60,277 nucleotides of DNA from assembly GCA_049515895.1 (NCBI GenBank), contig JBEKTQ010000018.1, forward strand, positions 1 to 60,277, in the 5' to 3' direction. Positions within the stretch are counted from its first letter, which is position 1. Each line of letters starts with the position of its first letter. Shown one piece after another: positions 51,630 to 60,164 of the stretch. Both the position numbers and the translations under genes were made by a program. This stretch comes from Candidatus Bathyarchaeia archaeon. Lineage in GTDB: Archaea; Thermoproteota; Bathyarchaeia; Bathyarchaeales; Bathycorpusculaceae. The notes under the pieces are model-generated. The model saw nothing but the letters and a program-made list of their open reading frames with translations. It did no database searches and was not told the DNA's origin.

Positions 51630-51753
51630 TTTTTCCCACCAGAAAATTTCCGCCGTGGGAATATAATCTTTCCGACTAATAAATCAAATCACCTTGGCTG
51701 AACTTAGTTGAACTCTGCAAATGGTTGTTGTTGGCGCACGCGAAAATTTGGTG

Positions 51754-52158
51754 TCAAAGGAGGATTTGAAGGCCCGCTTCCCTGAAGTGGTTGTCAAACG
51801 TGAATGCGTTAGGGATTGAAAGATCTTTTATCAAAGCAAAACTTGTGCAGTCTGTGAAACTCCATGATTTACCATCAGATCGTTTGAACATATCAAGTGC
51901 TTTTTCAAATAAGTCATCTTCCACCCAAAATACGCGAACACTCTTGCTTTTCATGATTTTATTAATAAAGGCGGAGGCTGAAGAAGGGCTTCTTCTTGAC
52001 CACAATAAAGTAATTGTTTCGTCCAGTATGTAATCGGTGGTTACAGAAATACCGTATTTTCCTGAGGCTATAATGGAAAGGAACTTGCATGCTGCTTCAT
52101 GATTTACATCGTCTTCTACTTCGAGGGCGTACCAGGCGCTTGTATCTACGAATATCAA
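51754..52158 (-). CDS. vapC: PIN-domain VapC toxin
   Basis: IFVDTSAW, ILDET, SFTDCTSF, FTFDNHF. Confidence 0.93.
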   Translation of the reverse strand: MIFVDTSAWYALEVEDDVNHEAACKFLSIIASGKYGISVTTDYILDETITLLWSRRSPSSASAFINKIMKSKSVRVFWVEDDLFEKALDMFKRSDGKSWSFTDCTSFALIKDLSIPNAFTFDNHFREAGLQILL

Positions 52159-52391
52159 GTGTTTTCACCATACAGATACTTGTCGTGTTCTTCGGAGCCG
52201 CGATCTCTTTTTCCAGTTCGTCTGGAACTGGGTGGGCTTGTAAAAATAGGGTCATTCGGGTTCACGTTGCCTTCGACGGTGGTTTTGATGGCCTCACGTA
52301 GGACTTCCTTGATGCTTTTTGAGTTTCTTTTTGCGTATTCTTCGAGGAGTTTGTGCTCCGCTTCTGTAAGAGTTGTTTGCACGACTTTCAT
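52155..52391 (-). CDS. CopG/RHH antitoxin
   Basis: VVQTTLTEAEHKLLEEYAKRNSKSIKEVLREAI..EEHDKYLYG; 4-nt overlap with the toxin. Confidence 0.88.
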   Translation of the reverse strand: MKVVQTTLTEAEHKLLEEYAKRNSKSIKEVLREAIKTTVEGNVNPNDPIFTSPPSSRRTGKRDRGSEEHDKYLYGENT

Positions 52392-52846
52392 GTTACATCA
52401 TGAATGAAAGATGAGTGATGAAAAATATAATCTTTCCATTATTCTGTAAAAAAGAAACAGAAATTGGAATAGAAAAGAAATTATCTTTTAGAGTAAATAG
52501 CTCTAATGCCGCCAAGAACGAATCCTAAAATAAAATAAAAACAGCCATCCCAACCAAAAAATATAGAGAAAATATTGCTCCAAAACCGCTAGCCACAGTC
52601 AACCACATAGCCAATTTATCGCTTCGTTTTCTCATTGGTGTAAATCATCAAAAGAAAAATAATTTACAAACAGTTTCATCTCAAAAAGTGATAAATTAGC
52701 TCTTTTAGGAGTTCTGCGTGCTTCTCGTCACCCGACTTAAGTTCTTTCTCGGTGTGAAAAACCGTCAACTGAATTTCGGGAAGCCCTGCTTTAGAAAGCG
52801 GCAATACCTAAGAACTTCCCAGCAGTAACCTACAAAACCGAATCAA

Positions 52847-52922
52847 TGGAGCTAGAGGCTGGGAGTTTAACCCAGCGTATATGGCAATGCTCGCCACGGT
52901 CTATTCGCTCGACCACTCTCGC
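52847..52922 (-). ncRNA. tRNA-Cys-like element (non-canonical or pseudo-tRNA)
   Basis: 76-nt cloverleaf GCGAGAG/CTCTAGC, GTC/GAC, GTGGC-GAGCATT-GCCAT, GCTGGG-TTAAACT-CCCAGC, U73-CCA; TATA-like CTTAATTT about 25 nt upstream. Confidence 0.7.
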
Positions 52923-53100
52923 AAAAATCGATGTGGCATACAGTAAATTAAGTATTATTCCCGCATAGAATTATTCTTACATGGCTCCCAAAATGAACTT
53001 CGTAGAACCTAGTAAACAGACGATTTTCGACATGGATACCGAAACAGACGAAGATTTGACAGAACCGCTAATAGCTAAATAAAATGGCAAAAAAGCGTCG

Positions 53101-53250
53101 GCGCGCGTGGAAAATCCGGCAAATTTGTTGTTTGTGTTTTGGGTTGCTTTTCTTGTTTTCAGCTTGGATTGGCTGCAGGTTGCGTCTTAAAATCTCTAGA
53201 AATCTCTGTAATTCTCCCAAAATCTCTTTAAATCTCCCGAAATCTCCTCA
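53101..53250 (+). repeat. Leader plus 10-bp array element, copy 4 (TCTC-type array)
   Basis: Leader nearly identical to 45991-46074, GCAGGTTGCG at 53175-53184, six AATCTCnnnA-like units. Confidence 0.9.
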
Positions 53251-53278
53251 ACCCAGAATGGCGTCATCGATGGATAAG

Positions 53279-53345
53279 TGAGGCCGAGAAGTGGCAGGAT
53301 AAAATTCAAGGGGCAAAAGTGTTCTTGAAAAAAGTTTGCAATTAA
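53279..53345 (+). pseudogene. 3' gene-end remnant, duplicated at 54249-54313
   Basis: EAEKWQDKIQGAKVFLKKVCN* versus EAEKW*DKIPEAKAFLKKVCE*. Confidence 0.6.
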
Positions 53346-53456
53346 AGCGCCTTACGCTTGAACCAGCTCAAACCAAAAACAAATCCAAAATGATCACAGC
53401 AGTATCAATTGCGGATAAATGCACTGGGTTTAGTTAATAGTGTCTTTCAGCCAAGA

Positions 53457-53858
53457 TTACTGGAAAATCAATTTTAAGGAGTCAAGTTTGCCTAAGTGTT
53501 TCTGGTCGTTTGAGTAAACTTCTGTGATGCCTAGCCGCATCATCAAAGCAAGGTTCACGCCATCGTTGAAGTCAATTTGTTCCGCAGACATGTTGTTAGC
53601 CCCCATCAGCAAATCATCCCCACTTAATTCGATGATATCAAGAGTTTGATAGGACATTATCTTCTCAAGTGTAGGCTTGATGTCTCCTTGCCTGCCCATA
53701 GCTTCTAGCACCCAAGCCACTTCACACAAAACCAATGTAGATGTTATGGCTGCTTCACCTTCTTCAATGCGCTCAAGAATATTCTTAGCTATTTTCCCAA
53801 AACGCGGGTGCGCTGTAAGGGTGTAGATAAACACGTTAGTATCTACGAACCGGGTCAC
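53457..53858 (-). CDS. vapC: PIN-domain VapC toxin
   Basis: RFVDTNVF, VLCEV, DFNDG, YSNDQKH. Confidence 0.93.
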   Translation of the reverse strand: MTRFVDTNVFIYTLTAHPRFGKIAKNILERIEEGEAAITSTLVLCEVAWVLEAMGRQGDIKPTLEKIMSYQTLDIIELSGDDLLMGANNMSAEQIDFNDGVNLALMMRLGITEVYSNDQKHLGKLDSLKLIFQ

Positions 53859-54106
53859 TGGAAATCCTCAACCAGCTTCTTTCGAATGTATTCTCGCGCT
53901 AACTGTTTTGGTTCATCAACGGGGTTAATCAGGTTCACAGAGCCGTATAACGCCTCTGTAGGCTTTTTGTGGGTTTCCACCGGCACTAGGCAGATACGTC
54001 CCATGTATTCTGTAATGATAAGTCGTATGCCTTCATGTACACCATATTTTTCGCGCAACCGCTTAGGCAAAACAATTCGTCCATACTTACCAACTTCAAC
54101 AGACAC
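53855..54106 (-). CDS. AbrB/MazE-type antitoxin
   Basis: VEVGKYGRIVLPKRLREKYG; GGTGG SD before GTG at 54106. Confidence 0.9.
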   Translation of the reverse strand: MSVEVGKYGRIVLPKRLREKYGVHEGIRLIITEYMGRICLVPVETHKKPTEALYGSVNLINPVDEPKQLAREYIRKKLVEDFQ

Positions 54107-54314
54107 GCTAAACCACCGACAAACTATCACATAAACGACAAATATAAATTTTTTGCCAAGAAAATCAATTTACGACAAAATTGAAAATCAATTAGTAACA
54201 TACCTTGGTAATATAGTGCGTGAGGTGTCAGTTGCCCCGTGGAGCAGTGAAGCGGAGAAGTGGTAGGATAAGATTCCAGAGGCAAAAGCGTTCTTGAAAA
54301 AAGTTTGCGAGTGA

Positions 54315-54455
54315 AGCGCCTCGTCACGGGTAGGTGCTCGTTATCTCCGTGGCTGTTGGAGAATGATAACGGGCATAGGCGGGGGTTGAGGTTGGTTAAT
54401 TGGTTTAATTGGAATTGAGTGGATTTGCAGGAAAGTTACAATTTTTGGGGGGGCT
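54315..54455 (+). repeat. Overlapping double-hairpin element, copy 2
   Basis: AGCGCCT..AGGTGCT and GTGCTCGTTATCTCC..GGAGAATGATAACGGGCAT. Confidence 0.85.
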
Positions 54456-54535
54456 GGCTTTAAATCTGGTTTTTTTGTAATTTGCGTAAAAAAGTTTATG
54501 TATGCATTTGGTATCTGTTGTATACGGTGGTTGTG

Positions 54536-54856
54536 TTGACACTTAAACCGTTAGCCGTAAGAGTTCCTGCTGAATTAGAGAAAGAGATTATTGAAATCGT
54601 AAAACAGGAAAAATTAGACAAAGCCACGGTTGTCAGAAACCTTCTTGAAGTGGGCATAAATGAATGGAGAAAGCAAACTGCCTTAGAGTTTTTGCAGAAG
54701 GGAAAAGTAACTTTCGCCAAGGCCGCAGAGATTGCAAATCTTTCACTTTGGGAGTTTTCTGATTTGATTAAGCAGCGCAATATTGAATGGGTCAGATTTG
54801 CGCCTGAAGATGTTGAGAAAGAGTTCAGGGAAGCGTCGGCGGCGAAGCGCAAGTGA
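54536..54856 (+). CDS. UPF0175-family antitoxin
   Basis: GKVTFAKAAEIANLSLWEFSDLIKQRNI. Confidence 0.88.
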   Translation: MTLKPLAVRVPAELEKEIIEIVKQEKLDKATVVRNLLEVGINEWRKQTALEFLQKGKVTFAKAAEIANLSLWEFSDLIKQRNIEWVRFAPEDVEKEFREASAAKRK

Positions 54857-55362
54857 AGCCGTTAGTTTTCAATTCTACACCCTTGATCTACTTATCCAAA
54901 GCTGGATTGAGCGGGATTATTGAGCGTTTGAATACAGAAAAGTTGACGTGCCCTTTGGTTAAGTTTGAGGTTGTAGACAAGGGGAAACAAAAAGGAGTCC
55001 CTGACGCTATTGCTCTGGAGAAATTGTTTGATAATGGAGTTTTCAAGTTACGTGAACCTAAAGACAAGCTATTTCTTTCGCGCTTGTCTGAGACGCATGG
55101 GCTTCATATTGCAGATGCTGAGGTTTTGGCTCTCGCCAAAGAGTGTGATGGTTTCGCCGTTATTGATGATGAGGTTGCCAGGAAAACAGCGAGAGTGTAC
55201 GGAGTCGAATATGTTGGCACGCCGTATATTTTGGAGAGGGCTGTTTTTGAAGGGCTCATTTCGAAAGCAGAAGCTAAACAGGCCGTGAATGACATGGTTT
55301 CATCTGGCTGGCGGTGCAGCGTCGAGAGCTATGCGAAGATTATTGCGTTATTAGAAAAATAG
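54853..55362 (+). CDS. DUF3368/PIN-domain toxin-like protein
   Basis: VFNSTPLIYL, LHIADAEVLALA, IDDEVARKTA..VGT. Confidence 0.88.
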   Translation: MKPLVFNSTPLIYLSKAGLSGIIERLNTEKLTCPLVKFEVVDKGKQKGVPDAIALEKLFDNGVFKLREPKDKLFLSRLSETHGLHIADAEVLALAKECDGFAVIDDEVARKTARVYGVEYVGTPYILERAVFEGLISKAEAKQAVNDMVSSGWRCSVESYAKIIALLEK

Positions 55363-55733
55363 CTATTTTTTGAGAGGGTTGTGATTTCGCATGATAGAGT
55401 TTGCCGCAGGTTGAAAGGTTAAAGGGTAACCCGTTTGGATTTTGCGGTTTAATTTTCACTTGGTTTCCTTAAGGTTGTTGTGAGGTTTTTTCCCGTTTAC
55501 TTAACCGTCAAAGTCGTCACCATACAATTGGTGAGGAGAAACTATACATAAGAATTAACGAGGAACTGATACAAAAGAATAAGGAAAGATAAGGTAGCTT
55601 GTTTTGTGTCTTATTTGCAGGTAGCTATCTAGTTAAGTCTACCATTTTCTTAATTGTTACTACGTTTATGCGGGGTCCAAACGTTTTCCCTTCTTGGAAA
55701 CCGGAACAATCCAAATCAAAGGAGAGATGAAAA

Positions 55734-55970
55734 TATGGGAAGAGAGTTCACTCAAGAGCATGTAATGAAAATTTGTTTACCGCCAGAACTCTATCTTGCG
55801 GTGATTAAATTTCAGGCGCAAAAGGAAATAGGCAAATCCTACGCTGGACTGCTCCTAATAACCAAAGCAGCATATCAAGAACAGCTAATCTCCTGAGAGG
55901 CGTACGAGAAATATGTGTATCGTTACTCACGCAAGCTGGTTCCAGAAGAGCAACCCAAAAAAATTAATTG
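55734..55970 (+). pseudogene. Interrupted hypothetical gene
   Basis: GGAG SD; MGREFTQEHVMK..QEQLIS*EAYEKYVYRYSRKLVPEEQPKK continues in frame past TGA at 55894. Confidence 0.6.
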
Positions 55971-56042
55971 AGGAGCAAAAGAGAAACAGAAATTGGAAAG
56001 AAAGATAGAACGTCGATTTGCTTCTTGGTGAATTGCGGAACA

Positions 56043-56483
56043 TTACTTATCAGGTGAAAGAAACTCCTGTTCAGTCTGGACAGTTACTTCTTTTATTTTT
56101 GCAAAGTCAATATCATCGCTGATTACAATTGAGTTGTTGTAATATGCGGTTGCTGATATGAACGCGTCAGCTATCGGTATACTGTATTTTCCCTTGAATT
56201 CACTTGCCTTGGCCGCTATTTTTTCATCTATCACATATTTCTTTATGGCTGCGGCGTATCGGACGTCTGCAATTCGTGCTTTAGCTAGGTCAACTCTGTT
56301 TTCATGCGAATATTTGTAATAGATTTCCGTTAAAGTGACTACGCTTATACCTGCCTCTATGTCTCCATTTTCGATGAGTAACATTATTCTTTGAACATTT
56401 TCCCAACCTGCCTCCGATGCAAAGAGCTTAATGAGAGGCTTAGTATCCAGTATAAGCTTAGGCTTCTGTGACTCGATTGTCAA
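56043..56483 (-). CDS. vapC: PIN-domain VapC toxin
   Basis: LILDTKPL, TLTEI, PIADAFI, ISDDIDF. Confidence 0.92.
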   Translation of the reverse strand: MTIESQKPKLILDTKPLIKLFASEAGWENVQRIMLLIENGDIEAGISVVTLTEIYYKYSHENRVDLAKARIADVRYAAAIKKYVIDEKIAAKASEFKGKYSIPIADAFISATAYYNNSIVISDDIDFAKIKEVTVQTEQEFLSPDK

Positions 56484-56724
56484 ATTCCCTATCCCACTCT
56501 TTTCGCGTTGCTTCTAATTCCTTTGAGGGTTTTCTGTTTGCAAACAATTCTTTGTCGATGCCGGCAAGCTTAGATAGTTTGGAAACTCGAATCAATCTAA
56601 CAGTGTTATCTTCGCTGACGACCAAAAATTTTTCGCCCTTGACTATCTTCAGCTGTTTTCTTATTTTTGAAGGAAGGGTTATCTGCCCTTTAGAGGTAAC
56701 AGTAACACTTTCTTCTTCCAACAA
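56458..56724 (-). CDS. AbrB/MazE-type antitoxin
   Basis: VTVTSKGQITLPSKIRKQLKI. Confidence 0.92.
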   Translation of the reverse strand: MLEEESVTVTSKGQITLPSKIRKQLKIVKGEKFLVVSEDNTVRLIRVSKLSKLAGIDKELFANRKPSKELEATRKEWDREFDNRVTEA

Positions 56725-56883
56725 TAGTTTCGCCTTACAATCATAGTTTATTCCTTACACTTATAAAATTAGCGGAAGAAAAATTCTGATCTAGTTTTTT
56801 GCTTTTTGACGGTTTTGTTTTCTGTTTCGACTTGGGCTTCTGTTTCCGTTTGTTTGGTTTGAAAAGTTTTGTAAGTTGTTTTG

Positions 56884-57040
56884 GCGCGGTGTAAAATCGG
56901 CAAATTTGTTCTTTGTGTTTTAGGTTGGTTTCTTGAAAAGGGGCTTAAAGCGTTTGCAACTATCATCTAGAATCATCTAAAAACATCTGTAAACATCTAT
57001 AAAGATCTAGAAAAATCTAGAAACATCTAAAAAAATCGCG
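56884..57040 (+). repeat. Leader plus 10-bp array element, copy 5 (ATCT-type array)
   Basis: GCGCGGTG..GGCAAATTTGTT..TTTGTGTTTT leader, then 8 units nAnnATCnnn at 56961-57040. Confidence 0.88.
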
Positions 57041-57290
57041 GGGCGTTGCCTGCAGAAATGCGGGTTGGTGCTGGTCTTGGATTTTTCGCGGCAGAATTTT
57101 TTTCTTTGTTTTGGGTTGGTTTTTTGGTTTGGGGCTTGGTTTGGTTGCAGGTTGCGGTTTAAAAAGTCTAAATTCGGCGTAAAAAGTCTACTAAAGTCTA
57201 CTAACGTCAATAGAAGTCAATAGTCGTCTGCCAAAGTCAATAGTCGTCTAAAAAAGGCCACCAACGTCAATTAACGCAACTAAAAGTCAA
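57031..57290 (+). repeat. Leader plus 10-bp array element, copy 6 (long leader, GTC-type array)
   Basis: Leader homologous to 46221-46362, GCAGGTTGCG at 57147-57156, about 13 units at 57161-57290. Confidence 0.9.
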
Positions 57291-57482
57291 GACTGATGAG
57301 GATTAACGGCGTAAAACGGTAGAAGATCTTCCCTTATTCTCTCTAAATCTGCTCAAAATCGCTGGTTCAATCTTAGATAGCCCAAAGTTGCCAACAAAGG
57401 TGCCTAAGCAATCGGTTACAGCTCAGAGATGTCGTCGAAAGGTTGCTGACCCCGCTTTCTTGGCGCGCCATGGTTAAGGGCT

Positions 57483-57720
57483 CTAAATCCCTTGGCTGCG
57501 GATTCTTTCCTACATTTCTTTTAGCCGATTCTCCGCAAGGTAGTATTTCCCGTTGACTTCCACGAATATTATGCTTTTGCCCAGCGCCTCTGCCTTGCAT
57601 CCTTGGACCGTGGCGGAAGACCCCGCTCCTCTGCAGCCAACGCTTTTTCCAGTGTGGTGCCGCACGAGGGGGTTCTTTTGCTTACTCCAACATTACTCAT
57701 CTTCTTGGCGTTTACGTATT
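57483..57720 (-). pseudogene. Frameshifted copy of the 46511-46759 gene
   Basis: TTTAGCCGATTCTC..AAGGTAGTATTTCCCGTTGACTTC..GCTTTTGCCCAGC shared with 46548-46613. Confidence 0.75.
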
Positions 57721-57763
57721 TGCCTCAGAAAGAGAAAACCAGCCGCAAAACCCAGGTAGATTT

Positions 57764-57807
57764 AGGTGCTCGTTGTCTCCGTGTCTGCTGGAGAATGATA
57801 ACGGCAC
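57764..57807 (+). repeat. Hairpin element, copy 3 (partial)
   Basis: AGGTGCTCGTTGTCTCCGTGTCTGCTGGAGAATGATAACGGCAC. Confidence 0.85.
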
Positions 57808-57858
57808 ATAATCAAAACAAGGATTAAGATTCAAGGTTACTGCTGTTCTTTTAGTGTT

Positions 57859-58329
57859 TTGTATTTTTGTGCTACAGATGTACGGTATGAATGTCAACTG
57901 AGTTTCTCTGACGCGGAGAAGCTTCTTTTTGCTAAAGTTGATGAGATAGAAGAAAAATATCGGCAGACTGGTTCTGAAGAGGTTCTTGTTGAAAACGCCG
58001 ATCTGATTTTTAAGAATCTGGAAGTTATACTCCGGCGGATAACAGAGCTTTATTGTTTTGTTGTTCCCATGATTTTGGGATGTGACGGAACCCACGAGAT
58101 TGTTGAGTATTTCTTTAGGTTGAATTTTTACAATTTTCAAGCCGACCTATCGAAGTGTCTGGCGCATGTCCGCACGTGGTCTGACAAATATAGGGAAGAG
58201 TTTCTTTTAGACTTAAAGCAGAATGGCGCGTCTTTTTTCCGGCTTCCAAGAGGCTACACCGACAAGGAGGTTAACGATTTGATTAATTCAAAAGATTTAG
58301 GTAAACAGGAGGAAAAAGAAGAAAAATAG
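57859..58329 (+). CDS. Hypothetical protein (5' end uncertain)
   Basis: 156-aa ORF with protein-like composition; no motif recognised. Confidence 0.5.
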   Translation: MYFCATDVRYECQLSFSDAEKLLFAKVDEIEEKYRQTGSEEVLVENADLIFKNLEVILRRITELYCFVVPMILGCDGTHEIVEYFFRLNFYNFQADLSKCLAHVRTWSDKYREEFLLDLKQNGASFFRLPRGYTDKEVNDLINSKDLGKQEEKEEK

Positions 58330-58489
58330 GTAACTTGCTTTGACACTTTCCCTCAACTAAAATCAGAGTTTTCTTGTTAACTTTTTTTGTAAATGGAGAA
58401 TACGAGAATTCTTTAATATTAGGCGTGGTTAATTGACGAGCAGCGTCTCCCAATATTCTTCAGTATGCAATATGGGCAAGACAACGTGC

Positions 58490-59860
58490 TCATGCGTTGT
58501 CAGGTTTTCGTCTTAAACGTCTGACGGCTATAACTGTGAAAACTGAAATGACTTCGGCACCGGCTATGCCAACGGCAAGCACAGACCCTGATGACGTTGC
58601 TAACGACGTTGAAGGTAATAAGAATTGTACTGTCACTTGTGAACCTCCGGCTACTAGATTTGCGTCGAAGTTCGTTGTGTACCACACGTAGAAGTTATTG
58701 GCGTCTTGCGTGTAGCCCTGGTTAAGAGCCTTCTGGCCATCTATGTATACGACTGGGTTTATCCCGTAGGAAATGGCGTTTTTCGGAATAGTCATATTGC
58801 CAAGGCCTGCCGTTCCGTTGGGTCCTGTTATTTTGAAGGAAACTGTTGTTATGGTGGGTTTGTTTGATGTGATTGTGGCGTTGGATATCTGTGAACTGGT
58901 TACGTTGCCGCTGATGGCAAGATCAACTATGGCACCACTACCTGTTGTCACTGGGACAGTTTTTGTTGAAGTAGTTGGAGTAGGTGATGGCGTTATTGTC
59001 GGTGTTGGGGTTGGGGTGAGAGTTGCTATTGGGGTTTGAGTTGGAGTAACTGTAGGGGATGGAGTAAGAATTGGAGTGGGAGTTGGCGTTGGAGATGGCG
59101 ATGGAGTAGGAGTAGCTGCGGATGTTGGAGTTGGTGTTGGCGAGGAGCTGGGAGTCTGGGTTGGAGTAGCCGTAGGAGTTGGGGTTAGAGTTGGAGTTGG
59201 TTTGGGAGTTGCCGAAGGAGTTGGAGTAGGTGTAGGAGTGGGAGAGTGGGAGTTGGAGTCGGTGTCGGAGTGGGAGTTGGGGTTGGTTTGGGAGTTGGTG
59301 TTGGTGTTGGAGTTGGGGTTGGGGTAGGAGTGGGAGTTGGGGTTGGTGTAGGAGTTGGAGTTGGAGAAGGAGTCGCAGTTGGTTTGGGAGTTGGTGTTGG
59401 TGTTGGAGTTGGTGTTGGGGTAGGAGTGGGAGTTGGGGTTGGTGTAGGAGTTGGTGTTGGAGTTGGGGTTGGTGTAGGAGTTGGAGTTGGAGAAGGAGTC
59501 GCAGTTGGTTTGGGAGTTGGTGTTGGTGTTGGAGTTGGTGTTGGGGTAGGAGTGGGAGTTGGGGTTGGTGTAGGAGTGGGAGTTGGAGTCGGTGTTGGTG
59601 TTGGAGTTGGTGTTGGCGAGGAGCTGGGAGTCTGGGTTGGAGTAGCCGTAGGAGTTGGGGTTAGAGTTGGAGTTGGTTTGGGAGTTGCCGAAGGAGTTGG
59701 AGTAGGTGTAGGAGTGGGAGGCCGTAGGAGTTGGAGCGGGTGTTGCCGCTGGTGCATCCGCACCAGTCACCGTAACAGTACCTGGCCTAACACCAATCGA
59801 GAAAGCGCATATCAATAATGAAATTAGAAATGCGATCGTTAGGATTTGAATTTTCTTCAT
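58490..59860 (-). CDS. Surface protein: signal peptide, long Pro/Thr repeat linker, C-terminal beta domain and TM anchor; linker partly read in a shifted frame
   Basis: [16 protein letters not shown] signal; [31 protein letters not shown]; two compensating frameshifts in the repeat. Confidence 0.8.
   Translation of the reverse strand: MKKIQILTIAFLISLLICAFSIGVRPGTVTVTGADAPAATPAPTPTASHSYTYSNSFGNSQTNSNSNPNSYGYSNPDSQLLANTNSNTNTDSNSHSYTNPNSHSYPNTNSNTNTNSQTNCDSFSNSNSYTNPNSNTNSYTNPNSHSYPNTNSNTNTNSQTNCDSFSNSNSYTNPNSHSYPNPNSNTNTNSQTNPNSHSDTDSNSHSPTPTPTPTPSATPKPTPTLTPTPTATPTQTPSSSPTPTPTSAATPTPSPSPTPTPTPILTPSPTVTPTQTPIATLTPTPTPTITPSPTPTTSTKTVPVTTGSGAIVDLAISGNVTSSQISNATITSNKPTITTVSFKITGPNGTAGLGNMTIPKNAISYGINPVVYIDGQKALNQGYTQDANNFYVWYTTNFDANLVAGGSQVTVQFLLPSTSLATSSGSVLAVGIAGAEVISVFTVIAVRRLRRKPDNA
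58975..59745 (-). repeat. Degenerate 6-bp (CCAACN) coding tandem repeat with internal longer duplications
   Basis: GGAGTT/GGTGTT/GGGGTT run; a ~120-bp block is duplicated 476 nt apart. Confidence 0.95.
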
Positions 59861-60164
59861 GTTTTTTGTCCTAATATTTCTTGTTGACTTGGTTTATTTG
59901 ATATGTTAGAAGTTAAAGTTGAGCGAAAGCCGTTAAGTTAAACGTGTTGCTTGCATTACACGGTTCGCTGAACATACTTTAACTCTACCAATTATTTACC
60001 TTTTTCTTTTTACAGTGTCCTAGAGCTTGTTGGTGTAAAATGTATTTTTGTTGTGCATTTGTATGTTGTAAACTCGCAGCAAGTAATGTTTATTAAGCGT
60101 GCCGTCTTGTCCCTAAAATGGTTAAAAATGGTTATAAGTCTGATTTTTCATATTGGAGCCTGTA

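Noticed and set aside
55894-55896. In-frame TGA as selenocysteine or recoding
   Set aside because: The context is not a redox motif, the gene also terminates shortly after, and other genes use TGA as a normal stop; simple pseudogenisation is more likely
49252-57807. Hairpin repeats as integron attC or Xer dif sites
   Set aside because: No flanking RYYYAAC/GTTRRRY R boxes around the stem, no 11-6-11 dif layout, and no integrase in the window
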